Source: Amoebophrya sp. A120 (Eukaryota; Protista; Dinoflagellata). From it: a stretch of 64,000 nucleotides of DNA. A model generated the notes under the pieces. That model ran no database searches, was not told where the DNA came from, and saw nothing but the letters and a program-made list of their open reading frames with translations. Shown one piece after another: positions 23,676-36,255 of this stretch (its first letter is position 1; each line of letters opens with the position of its first letter). The DNA is taken from the NCBI GenBank assembly GCA_905178155.1, contig CAJINV010000001.1:15438142-15502141 (forward strand). Direction: 5' to 3'. The translations under genes and the position numbers were made by a program.

Positions 23676-25247
23676 ATGGGCGCACGTAGTAATTGGCGGA
23701 AAAGCAAAAGTCGTAGGCAAGGACCACGTCCTTTCGAGTCCGAGTCGTCCAATCATGCTGCGACTCGTTTGGGAGGCCTGCCCCTGCGCCTGCTATTCGT
23801 TGGGTCGTGCTTCACCCAGTTTCCGTTTTGGAAATACGCAAGCGCCACCAATGGTCCGCGTACCGTCTCCGAAAGCGCTGACCCGCTGCAAAAGGCCCAT
23901 ACACCTTCTTCCGAATCTTTCGCAGCACAGGATGAAGCGCCTCAAGTAGAAGTTGGCCGTTCTTCGTCTCCTAGTCGATTCGTCCGGCGGGAGAGTAAAA
24001 TCCGTGAGATGATGAACAAGAAGCAGAACTACACCAGACCGAGCGCTAGTCATGCTGCTGCAGCACCGGACGCACAAGCACGCGGTCAAAAGATGCAGGA
24101 CCGACCACTCGAAAATAAAGACATCGACAGTCTGCACAGAGTCGGCGAAAAATTTGCGGACCGCTCGGACGAAATAGCTGGTAAACAGTTCAACCTGTCG
24201 AGGAGGACATCGTTCTTGGATACCAGTGGCGAGGTGTTTTTGGGTGTAGACGAAAAAGAACATGATGCTGGAACGCGAGAAAGAAGCTGGATGGCGGGCA
24301 CGCAAGAGTCGGGGACTGCCTCGGAATTATCAGTGACAGCGTCATGCGACCTCAGTGCTACGTTTGACGTAGTCGGCAGTAATAAACTTAGCCAGCAAGC
24401 CGGCATCGAAACCTCCACTTGCCCGAGTTGCGCAGCAGGGACGAGCTCCTCGCTATCCTTGGAAGAACAGCGTCAGCTGCAGCACACGAATAAGTCCTCG
24501 CTTTCCCTTCCAGCCGCCAAACCTGATGCCTGTGATGCACAAACGCGGTGGTGGAAGGTTCCGATTTGGAGTGCGTGGCAGAATTCCGGAAGTTGTGTGT
24601 CGAACTGCAATTGCGGCTACCAACTCCAATACCGTACCTGAACCCACAGCGTAAGCAGTTCCACGACAAAGTGTGACGCCGTGTGGTCGTCCGGGAGCGG
24701 CGCCGGATCGGGCATGCAGTGGATCTACGGAAAGAATTCGCCCCTGCGGGAAGAACGGAAGAAAAAATGCGATGCGAGCGACGTACCCGTACTCTGCACC
24801 TACAGGGATTGGGGCCAGTGGTCTGCCTGCAGCTCGACCACCTGTGCGGAGGGAACAAGACAGAGAACGCGGACCGTGTCCCAGCACCACAACGACTGCG
24901 CCCCTGAAAGCAGTCGGTGCGTTGGCGAAGACGACCCGTTGCGGAAGGAAACGGAGACCTGCATCGGGCAAACGGTGGAATACTGCGGTACCACGAGCAC
25001 GACTACCACGACCACGACCACCTCGACGACCACCTCGGCAACGGTAGCAAACACAACGACGGAAGGTAATGAAACAGACGTAGGAGCGATAAACGCCAGC
25101 TCGAGGACGGAAGGCGGCGAAGAGGGTAATAATGCTGCGGGCTCCGGGAGCAATTTGATGATAGCCGGCGGAGTCGGAGGGGCAGTGGTCCTTGGTGTCA
25201 TCGCTTATTCTCAATTCGGGGACGCAGCACAGGGGTTTGCGTTTTGA
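23676..25247 (+). CDS. Thrombospondin type-1 repeat, TRAP-like type I membrane adhesin, interrupted by one in-frame TGA (24639-24641)
   Basis: Two TSR-like modules (WSAWQNSGSCVSNCNCGYQLQYRT; WGQWSACSSTTCAEGTRQRTRTV), Thr-rich stalk, TM LMIAGGVGGAVVLGVIAY, short tail. ORFs 23676-24641 and 24681-25247 share a frame with only the TGA between them. Confidence 0.72.
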
Positions 25248-26355
25248 AGCGATTTGATAGAGGTGATGGCGCTGTTGATCACGATTCATGGTCGCGAAAG
25301 ACCTCCCGAACAGGTGAAAATCGACGCATTTTAGACAAAGACGAGAACTATTTCTCTCAATAACTTCAGATAATTCCATTCCACAGTCGAACGCGAACTG
25401 AAACGAAAGAACCAACTTGAACTCATGTGAAGTGGAAAAGATAACGCAATAGCCGCGTTAGCGTTGTGCTTATCTATGTTCATTATGTCGCTAGTATTGC
25501 AATGTTCCAACATGAGTATGAAAATGAAAAAGCGCCAGACTGCCTTGCCATACATCAAACAAAGGGCGTGCAGTTTACAGTGCTTCGCATAGGACATGGA
25601 GAGATGAGCGTGCTTTTGAGAAGATTTTCGCTCGGTCGCTAGGTTTACCCTTTTGCGGATGCATGCTACAATTACGTCCACAAAAACATACCTGTTCGTT
25701 GAGAGAAGTCAGATAGAGTGATTTTGAGAGGAACCGCGAGTGGTTTCTTTGTCAGGATAGGAGTGATCATTTCCGATACGGAACAAGAACTCGCAGGCCA
25801 CCTATTTTCTCTTCCCTTCGTTCCCATCATTACTGTACCCATTCGAGGACTTCGACTAATATACAATCATTCATAAAAAAATTTCTCATCTTCCAGTTCC
25901 ACCTTTCTTTGCATGTGCTCTGCTTGCTAACTTGTCTTCATCTGACGGACGAAAACGAATCTACCTCGTCACTCAGATATATTTCTAGGTCTGAATTAGA
26001 AGAACGACGACTTTTTTTGCTGAGCGAAAGCAGTTCTTCTTCTTCTATTGGTGTTTTTTCTTGAAGAAAAAGGTATAGTACACCACCATAAACTGGTACC
26101 TACTGGCTGCGAATTTGAAGTTGAACATTAAGAGCATATCAATTTGAATTCCGGCCTCTTTGCCAGTGTTGCAAAAATATTTCCTAGTGACCAGTATGCA
26201 AAGCCGTTTTCGAGAAGATCTTCTAATTCTATCCCGTTGCGGCGGACCACAACTGCAGGCAGAACCCTTCGGCAACCGCTACCGGCTCGGAGCAAAAATT
26301 GCTTGAAGATATCGTGGCCACCAGCAAGAGAAGAGCGTGGTGAGCGACGAAAAAA

Positions 26356-29300
26356 ATGGCGCCCCGCGCACGGCTAACATCGCTGGTGCTGACAGGCGTG
26401 TCCTGCTGGGACGCGCAAAATGACCCCACCCGGGAGTTTCCGAACGTCAATTTTGCACCGACGAACTCGCCGTCTTTGCTCCGAGAAAAGTATTTCACGT
26501 CCGGCGGATCGAGTTCATCTTCCGCTGGAGGTTCGCGGGCCAGCAATGCTGCGGGAGGTGGAAATAAGCAAGGAGATACAAATTCAAATAAACACAACCA
26601 TCAAGATGCGAATCAAAGACGAGAGAGGCGAGCCGGTGCGCGCGACCACGAAAACAATAATTACAACAATCCCTTCAAGGACTGGAGGAATAAAAAGCCG
26701 ATCACCGAACTCGAGTTATCGCCTGAGGACATCATCCAGCGGCGGGCGCTCCGACAGGCGGCGATCGAATTTTCCAATCGAAAAATGTTTGCCAAATACG
26801 GCCACGCCAGGAAGTACCTGAATCCGCGAATGGACGAACCGGGCCAGGATGAATATTTGAGTCCCGACGAAGTGGCGGCTCTCTCGTTGCAAGACTTCAC
26901 GCACGCTCCAGGGGAAGCGCGGGCGACCGAGGAAAAACACCTGGGTGCCGCTGCGGCCGCGGCCCTGCAAGTTGATGGGCCGACCAACCACGATAGGTCA
27001 AGCGATCGGAAGTTGGGGATTCAAGAGCCGGGAGTCGTGAACCCGGACGGTGTGGAAGCAGGAGGAGGTGTAGCTTCTCCGGATGTAGTTGTTTCGGCGT
27101 CGTCTGCAAGCAGCTCAGTGGACCAGACCGAGGCTGTCTCCTCCTCCGGCACAGCGAGCAGCCGCGAAGAGGATACTAGTGCCTCTGCGCAGCAGCAGCA
27201 ACGACAGAAACTTTTCGAGTCCGTGGTGCACAATGCACGGGCCTCAGAGCGAAAGCGCATGTTGCAGCACAAACCGGCGATGGTGAAGTCCGTCACTGAC
27301 ATAGCGAGACAGTACCTGAGTCAGATCGTAGAAACAGCGGCAACAGACGCATCGTCACCGAACGAAGCTGGTGAAACTCCATCGCGGCGGTCCTTAGGAG
27401 ATCCTAGTAGTAAAACAGCCGGCATTAAGAATAGTGCTGTACCTCCCGTCGTACCAGGAGGACTAGCAACTTCCAGGCGCGGCTACTTGAATAGTCTTGT
27501 GGAGAAAACACTTTCCGTGCTAGAGAAGACACACGACGACCGCGAGGCTCACAAAGACCCCAAAACATCTTCCTCACCGGCGGCTTCAACATCAAACATA
27601 GCAGCAAGGCCAGGGGAGAGCGGCAGCGACTACGCGCGCAGACTGCAAGCAGAGGTCGACGGCGCTTTGAATACCGTCGTTTCCGAGGAGGAAAGGCAAA
27701 CCGCCGAAACCGCAAGTCACGATACCGACTACAAGGAAATCGACCGTTCGGTGTTCTACAGCCAACTGGCCGAGGTAGAAGCGGTGCTTCGGCACCTAAC
27801 GACCGGGACTTATCAAATGTAAAAATGTCTGGGTCTGGAAGATTGCGAGATTTGTCATGCAGATTTTCCATGACCCATGAGGTCTGGAATGCCGGGCCTA
27901 GCATGACAGAGTCTGTAAGGTCTCTGCCATGCCTATCCCGCATGAGAAACTACCTCCCAACTTGGTCGAAAGTGGACAGCTTTTGGCACTCATGCAACAC
28001 AGATTTTTGCATTATTCGGATTTAGCATGACAAGTTTTAATCTTCCAGACCCAGACATTTTTACATTTGATAGGACCGGGAGCGCCACGACCGCGCCGCC
28101 TGGTGGAGCAGTAAACGCGTATCCTGTGCAAAAGTATCGTACTCGTACTAATTGCTTTTATGCATTGCAAATATTTTTCTTAAGGCAAATCCGCATTACA
28201 AATTCAATTTGTAATGCTGAGCTAATTTGTGTTGCAATTTATACTAGTACGATGCTTTTGCAGTTCATAACGCGACGTCCACGACAACGACCACAACCTT
28301 GGGATGCATCCGCAACTGTTGCGAGGACGTGAAAATATCCGTGCGCATCCTCGCGGACGAATACATGGATTTGGGGCTGGGAGTGGTATTTTTCTCTTTT
28401 CCTGCTGGGCTGGTCAGCTGCTTTTCTTTGAGAACACGACTTACCAGCACAGCACGAACACAAAGTTCTGCTTCGAAATTCAGGTCGTCCTTGAGGACAT
28501 CGTCGAAGTGTCATTGTCGGAAATAACAGAAAAAAATTACCCTTTTTACTGACCAAAACAGAACCTGCGCCAGACCTGGTCTGACTTGAGCAAGACGGAG
28601 TGCCAGAAGGTGGACTGCCAGTGCGAGATGATTTCCGACTGGGTCGAAACACAGTGCATTTTTTACGTGTCGCAAATCATAACGTCCGGCACAGAAGTGC
28701 AAAACTACTGTACCGGTGCGGGTGGGACAAGGTCACTCTTCGAAAAAGCATACTGTCCTGCCGCTTGCTTGCCCGTAGATTGCAACGACCAGCAGGGCCA
28801 ACAGTGCATGGGAACGTGCGGCGACTTTCTCGGTATAGGGAATTTTGGAATACTATTGGATTCTTCGCGAAAAAGCGAAAGAAGATGCGAGGTTGTTAAT
28901 AGCATACTGGATGTGACTAGTCTCAGGTTGCTCTTCAATCTCCTTCTCTCTAAAACAAGTATAAAATCGCACTATCTACTACAGATTGCCGCTGCAGTAA
29001 CCGTTTAGGAGGCTCTAAGCCGCCACGGTGTGAGGGGCTTACGGAAATCACGAAGGAACCGTGTTACGAGCCACCGGGAATCTGTGCCATGCACACGCCC
29101 TCCGTCGGGCAGTGCGCGCCTTACCACTTTTGTCCGAAGAATTTGTGCAACATTCTTAATGTGGTGTGTGTGCCAGACGATATGTGCCAGGGGGACGGCA
29201 TTTGCATTCCTAGCACTGGACAATGCGTGTACCCCAACCTTGCAAAAGGGACGCCCTGCGAGGATAATATCTTCTACACCTACAACAAAACCTGCAACGG

Positions 29301-31340
29301 CATGGGGACATGTGTCGGTATAGTGAATTTACTTTTTTAGCTCTTCATCACCATCTACACCGGCCAAAGCCGAAAATCGATGTTGCTTACTGCATTTTGA
29401 ACATTCTTGCATTGTTTTTGTTTTGATGCAAAAAACTAAAACAAGCTTTAGCTTACCACCAGCAGTACCCACGCCGGAAATTTCAACTTTTCAGGTTTGG
29501 TGAACATGTGCCAGCAGCACAACATACAATGTCGCTCGGGCGTCCCAGACTGCACCTTCCTTCCAGGGAACTGCCAGCCAGAAACAGGGCGGTGTGTCTA
29601 CGATTTCAAGCCGGACGACACGGAGTGTGATGACGCGCGCCCGTACACAGTGGGCGACCAGTGTCAAAAAGGTGCTTACAAGTTGTTTTGGTTAGTACAA
29701 CAAAAATCGCACGATAATTTTCCTGTTTTTTTTTCCGTCAGACGTAGATTGCGCATCTTCGTACCTACTATTTTCTTCAGGTCTGTGCGTTGGGACCATA
29801 GTGGATCTCTGTGCGAGCGTGGACTGTGCGCCGGTGCAGTGTCAAGACGAAGGGACCTGCCACGATACGTGTTTTGGTACCTGTGACAAGTCCACTGGTG
29901 CGTGCATCTATCCAAGAAAACCGAACGGGGTTCCATGCAACGACCGACAGCCCGACATTGCAGGCAGAAAGCCCGTTTGCATTGACGGTGTTTGCGTCGG
30001 AGACCCATATTTTGGCAACCCGCAGTACAGAACCGTAGGGGAGGGCCAATGCGTGGACAACCTTGGTATAACAGCTATTTTCTTCACTACAGATGAGGAT
30101 TCTAGATCTAGTACATGATGCAGAGAATCTGATGACTTCATGTTTTTTCTATTTGAAAGAAAACGTAGACGAAACTGAACGGACGCATTTAAGTTTCTTT
30201 TCGTGAATAGAATTCTTATCCACCACCACTACTACAAAAACGTAGGTTTCCGCATGAACGCGCAGCAGGGAGACGTGGGGGAGGAAAAGGAGTGCAAGAG
30301 GCTGTGCACGATGGATAACCAGTGCAAGGGTTACAGCTTTGCCTTTCCTGTGTGTACGCTCTTCGGGACGGTACGGTCCACGACAGACATGCCTGGGTGG
30401 AACATGCTCGAGGGGGACCAGACCCCAGCGCTAGAGATCGAGCAAGTTCTGAAGCCCCGCCCCGGTGAACCGCAGTTCGTGTGTCGGAAAAAGGTAAAAG
30501 TACAAATTTGTGTTGTCGTGTTAGTCTCATGTCAGATTCAAATCTCTCAACGACTTTTGCTGGCTGAACTTCTGCCTTCGTGAACAAGTTGTTGATCCAA
30601 CACATGACGAACAAAAACGATCCACAGGCTTTTGAGGGCGATCCCGAAAGTGTCGGATTTACGGCGCTGAGTATCCTGATAGGCTGGGGTGGCTTTTCGA
30701 CGATTTTCAGCATAATACTCATTTTCTACTTCCGTGTGACGATATGGGAAGCCATGCTCGAGGGGAAGGACGCCTTCATGCGCAGAAAAGACGCCATGAT
30801 GGAGAAATACCGTGCGGGTCGCCAAGTCGACCGTACTTTTTGTTCATGATTTTTTGATGAATAATTTTCAGTTGATCTTCTCATATGAAATAAAAAATTG
30901 AACGTGCTGCACTGTAATATCATCCGATGACAGACTCTACTCATGATGTACATGATAGACAAAGGCAAAGTAAGGATTGATTTCCTCCTAAACGCCAAAC
31001 AGCATATTTCGGCGAGGAAGTTGAGTTAGAGATGGTGAAGGACCGGGACGCGCAGGGTGCCATACAGGACACGAACCCGCAGGGCGAGGTGGTTGAGAAG
31101 AAGGCCCGCGGACGCAAAATAGTCCAAGACGACGAGGGCAACGAGTACAGCGTCAGTGGGACCCCTTCCAGTGGCTCACAAGGGTCGGCAGGAGGGTCCG
31201 AGGAGGGGGACGAAGCACGGTCCCGGAGTCACGAAAGCGGCCAGTCAAGTGGCGGGGACCGACCGGACCCGGCCACGATCGGGAGCCCCTCCAAAGTGAC
31301 ACCCGAACCCGGGGAGGAAGGAGGGGAGGACCAGCCGTAA
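26356..31340 (+). CDS. Cys-rich repeat + PAN/Apple-like single-pass membrane protein, paralog A; about 10 exons
   Basis: Repeats of the type GTPCED...YT..C.G.G.C.G, PAN-like EKECKRLCTMDNQCKGYSF, TM LSILIGWGGFSTIFSIILIFYF. GT-AG introns 28386-28561, 28833-28984, 29318-29494, 29672-29780, 30066-30245, 30494-30627, 30833-31002, plus two introners. Confidence 0.78.
27811..28072. mobile_element. 262-bp MITE-like introner, family B, with a perfect 34-bp TIR
   Basis: TATCAAATGTAAAAATGTCTGGGTCTGGAAGATT at the left end and its exact reverse complement at the right; TSD GGACT/GGACC (27806-27810, 28073-28077). It contains an in-frame TAA; removing 267 nt gives HLTTGT-GSATTAPP. Confidence 0.9.
28120..28269. 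mobile_element. 150-bp MITE-like introner, family A
   Basis: TSD ACGCG (28115-28119, 28270-28274); TIR core TGCAAAAGTATCGTACT / AGTACGATGCTTTTGCA. Removing 155 nt gives GAVNA-TSTTTTTTLGCIRNCC. Confidence 0.9.
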
Positions 31341-32407
31341 CGGCGGTGGGTTTATCCACGACTCAGATTTTTTTCGAAACCACAGTTTCAAGAACCTTCA
31401 AGAAATGATCTGTTTTACTACTTAGTCAGAGAACTCAATTTGAAAGCTAAAGCATGGCTTTTGCTAGCAACGGAAATCCTAAGTTTGACTCAATTTGACA
31501 CGAAATAGTTAAAAGCAGAATACAACGTCCCAGGGAGGATTTCCCTTACCTGGGCGAGTCCGCTCGTCGCGCTCAGATGCTCATCATTCTTTGGCTCTCT
31601 GCGCTTGATGAAAGGAAATTTTTACAGTAGACGCGGCGAGAGCTAGGAAAGACGAGTTCGGGCGGGCGAAATATGTTGTATGAAGAAATACGATGTTTTT
31701 GAAACTTCGTTTGACCTTTAATCCTTTTACGAATCAAAATCCAAATTATTGCATTTGCACCAGCCAGTGGTAGCTCGTCATCCCCTTGATGTAGATGCCA
31801 TTGTGCATATTGTCACAACACTTGACAAATTTACCCCAGAATTATTGAAATGCCTTGTATTTGCATTGTGAAGTAATTCTAATTGGACAAAGATCCCTTC
31901 CAAGGAAAACGAAAACAAGCTACACCAGCAATCCACAACTTGGAGCAGGAGCTTTGTTCGCCCGCTCCAGGATTTTTTCTAATGCTGTCACGACAAACGA
32001 TGTTCCTGATGTGAGTGCTGCTGATTTTGTGGACTTCTTGTGTTTCTTTCATGACCTACTAGTCGCGAAAAAAGAGAGATCCTGATGCAGTGAAGAGATC
32101 ATGATTTCTTTTTCGTGTGTAAGTACTTATTAAATTCATCTGAGGTCTTCGGAGTGATGAGTGCAACAGCAGCTGTTAAAAAGTACCCTTGGAACAACGA
32201 ACCACGACGCAGATCTGATCATCTGGAGAAGAACAACGGACCAGAACAAGGGATCCGGAGCATGGCAGCTTGGGAAGCTGGCTCGGAGATACTGAAACAT
32301 CATGACATCGTCGAGCGCGGCGCCACGACGGGGACGTGCGATATTGTTCGAACCGTGCGTCGTGATTTCTGGTGAGCGACCGTGCCTCGGCACCGCGCGG
32401 CATCAGC

Positions 32408-35400
32408 ATGGCCATGGGCATGATGACTACCTCGAAACCGCTCATGAGCAGGTCAATTTTTTCCGGAGAAGCCGCGCCAGCTCGCATTTGCTTCCGACGC
32501 CGGAAGAAGATACCATTTCATGTACTTCTCCCGACGGTCGTCGTCGTCCTCGTGATCGCTGCAGCGAATGTAGGTTGTTCTACGGTCGACGACGAGGCGG
32601 CCCTCGAGGGGCCGCCGAGCTCCCCCGGAGGTGAAATTCTTCGATCGCTGCAGAGCACGTCCTTGGACGCCGGAAACACAACGGCCGATGGCACGGTCAC
32701 CGGGTGCACGCAGTCCTGCTGTGCGAACGTGCGGAAAGCAGTGGAGGTGCTTGCTTCGGAGTTTTCAGACCTTGGCGTGGATGCAGTACTGGTTTTGCTA
32801 TACGATTGTCGGAACACGATCACATTTGACATGGACATTTTTCGTTTTGATTGAACATGCACCTAATTATCACAATGAATGTGGATCATGTCCTAGTAGA
32901 TCTAGAACTAGCTCTGGGTTTGTGCTGTTGATTTCCGTTTCCCATATCGTCTCACATTTCAGCAACACACTATATATCGCAGGAAGCTCAGAAGGAATGG
33001 GCGCGGTTGGCCGAAGACCAGTGCCCGTTGCTGAATTGCGACTGCGAGGAAATGAGCGCGTACGTGGAGACGCGGTGCAACTTCCACGTAGGCGCGGAGG
33101 TGATGTCCGTGGACGAAGCAAGAAAGTACTGCGCGGACACGCGGGCGCTGTTCCGCGACGGGTACTGCCCGGGCGCCTGCCAGGTCACTCACCAGGAGTG
33201 CAACAGCGTTCCCGGCCAACGGTGCATGCGTCAGTGTGGCAACTGGCAGGACTGCAAGTGCAAGAACCGCCGGGGCACGACCTTTCCGGTCCAGTGCGAT
33301 GGGGTGGTGGAGATCTCGCGCGAACACTGTGTGAACAATCCGCCGCCGCCGAGCTGCGGCGCGCACCATGTGGAGGCGAGCATTTGTGCGCGGTACCACT
33401 TCTGCCCGAAAAACCAGTGCCTGATCCGCAACGTGTTCTGTCAGGCCGACGACCTCTGCCAGGGGGAAGGCATCTGCATTCCCAGCACCGGAGGCTGCGT
33501 ATTTCCGAACCTCCCGAAAGGTGTTTTTGGCTCGTTCTTTCATCAGTACGAGGCACAAGTGACGAGAGCATTCTTTGCTTTGCCGTTGCTCATGTCCTCA
33601 GAATGTCATTCGTCGTTTTCCATATGAACAATTTTGTTCCAAAGATTTCTTGTTCAAAATCAAATCCAAATGTGAGATCACACCATCAAGGTACGCCCTG
33701 TGACGATAGCCTTTTCTACACGCCTCGCGAGAGCGATAAGTGTGACGGGCTCGGGAAGTGCGTCGGCGTGCCGGACCTCTGCGAGCTGCACAATGTGAAA
33801 TGCCTGGACGCGGATCCGGCCTGTGCGGTGCTGCCTGGTACCTGCAGCCCGGACAGCGGGAAATGCGTGTACCAGTTTCGGCAAGACAGCACGATTTGCG
33901 ACGACAACCGGTTCTACACGGTCGGTGACCAGTGCAGAAGCGGGCTGTGCGAGGGGGTGATCGTGGACCTGTGCGCCAATGTGGAGTATTGAGAGGAAAA
34001 ATCCCCCCTCCCCATATTGAAAAGGTATGTTTCCAAAAATTTGTGTTGCGGATTTGAGGTCACAAATCACATCTGTCTTGCAAGAAGACAAGGGCAGAAG
34101 CTTCCGCCCCATTATGGAAGCGGTTTGCCATGCTGTTGGGCCTAAAGGGGGGCCGTTTGCCATGCTGAACTACTAGACCCATACGCCCCTACCTAGCCTG
34201 GGGATCTGGCCGCAGTGCCTCTCTGCAATACAAAGCTGATTTGTGGCCACAAATCAGCATCACGAATTTCCGTTTTGATATGGGGACGGGGGATTTTTCA
34301 TTTTGATATGGAGTGCGGAAAACCCGCCAACGACCCCTGCCGGGGGGACGGGCGGTGCCAGCCCGCGACGGGGCGGTGCGCCTTCCCGGAGCTGCCGGAC
34401 GGTACGAGTTGCGGCCGCCACTCGCAGTGCATCGAGGGCTTGTGCATGGCCGACGAGTTTCGGGGCGCGCCCAAGTGGCTCACGGTCGGCCAGGGGCAGT
34501 GCGCGGACTCGTTGGGCAAGCGAATGGCCGCGTTGCAGCGCGATGTGGAAGACGAGTTCGCGTGTCAGGGGTTGTGCGGCGGGGACGTCTCGTGCAAGGG
34601 GTACAATTACGTGTTCGAGTCCTCCAGCTGTACGATGTATTCCTCGATCAGGACAGTCGCGCCCACCGGAGGCATCGCGTTCGGGTTTGCGGCGGTAGAA
34701 GAGTCTTATTGGGTTTCGTTATGCTGTATGGTTCTTGCTTCAATCTTGGTGCGTAGTTCTCGGTTTCGCGTGAAGTAGATCCTTTTTGCTTATGTCATCG
34801 CACAGAGTTATCAGAGATTTGCTCAAGAGCATGACACGGCCAACAACATCAACACAGGCCGACATTCCGCCCTCGCTGGAAATCAGCCACGTTCTGACCC
34901 CGCTTCCCGGCGAGGCGGGCAGCGTGTGCAAAAAGAAGGACCACAAGGGAGACCCGGCCGCAGCAGGAAGCCTCTGGCGGGAGTTCTTCGACTTCATGCA
35001 AGGTCCGGGGATCATTCTGCTCACGGCTTTAAGTCTCCTCGGCTACTTTTGGGTATCCGTGAAGGAGGCAAGTTTGGCATTCAAGCACAGTGCCGCCAAG
35101 GTGCTGTCGCCGGCCGGCCGGAAGGCGGCAGCTGCGCGCATGCAGGAAAGGATGCAGCGGCAATCGCGAAAGTTCGAAGAAATGGTAGAAAACTCCCCGA
35201 CCCTTCGCACGGTTCGCGACAAGACGCTGCTGACCTTGTCACCAAAAAATGGTGTGCGTGGTAGTCCGAAAAAAAAGAGCCCGAAAAAGAAAAAGAAGAA
35301 GCAGGACCAGCACGGTAGAGGTATTAGGAAAAGAAAGAGCCGACTATACAAGGTAGATCCGGAAGAGGGAGTCGGAATAGAAGATGAACAACACCGACAA

Positions 35401-36255
35401 GAAGAAGAAGATTTTGAAACAACTACACAACATCAAGCCGACAGGCAGGTGTCAGACATTCTCCAAAAGAAGAGAGAGACCGCAGAGCAAAAGAGAAAAA
35501 AGCAGCCGCAATCTCGGGCGAGCACATTGCGGTTTGAATCAGAAGCGGAGGTGGCGGAATACGATTACGAGGACGGTTCGTCCGAAGGCGAAGAAACCGA
35601 TTCATCATCGGACGCCGATGCAAATCTCGACGGCATCGAGTCGCTTGAAGATGCAGAGGGCGTTGGGCAGAGAAAATCCTTCTACAAGAAGGCCGTGACG
35701 AGGTTGTCGTCGATGTTTCAGTGGAGTTGGCGCACGACACGGCTCAGCTTTCAAGAGAGTACGACAAGTAGCTTCTTTCTCCGCCGGAATAACAACCGGG
35801 AGAAAGGCCCGTCGGATCATGAGGAGAAAGAGGATACCAGTGTGGAAGTGGTTACAACTGGAAGCAAGGCAGAACAAGAAGGCTCAGCATCCGAGCTGCA
35901 ACATCAAGCTGATGATAGCAAAGCCGTACCGGCGGGGCGGCAATCGAAGTCCTCCATGCACCGACCGTCCGAAAAATCACAGTCGGGCAGGGTATCGCGC
36001 AGCGGAAGAAGTAGGAGCAATGCTGATGAAGAGCTTGACAAGAACGCAACAACAAACCGCAAGTCGAGGAAATCTGAGCAGCAAGGGAACGACCAAGCGC
36101 AAGCACCATCTGAAGGACCAGAACCTCTGCGACAGGAAGATGTAGTGCGGCATCACGAAAATAAGATGAAAATCGAGGATTTTGACGACGATCTCGACAA
36201 GGGCGGACGAGGAACTGGCAGTCCTGTAAAAAGGACGATCATCGAAGAAAGTTGA
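32408..36255 (+). CDS. Cys-rich repeat + PAN/Apple-like single-pass membrane protein, paralog B; exons approx. 32408-32785, 32983-33520, 33691-33986, 34314-34694, 34858-36255
   Basis: Collinear with paralog A (YHFCPKNQCLIRNVFC vs YHFCPKNLCNILNVVC; TVGQGQCADSLG vs TVGEGQCVDNLG); N-terminal hydrophobic segment, TM GIILLTALSLLGYFWV, long charged tail. Start codon uncertain. Confidence 0.78.
33987..34308. mobile_element. 322-bp MITE-like introner, family C
   Basis: TSD TGGAG (33982-33986, 34309-34313); ~39-bp imperfect TIR with core GAAAAATCCCCC(C/G)TCCCCATAT. It contains an in-frame TGA; removing 327 nt gives DLCANVE-CGKPANDPC. Confidence 0.88.

Noticed and set aside
24988-25060. ACC/ACG tandem repeats (also near 28275-28298)
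   Set aside because: They encode Thr-rich mucin-like stalks; explained by the CDS.
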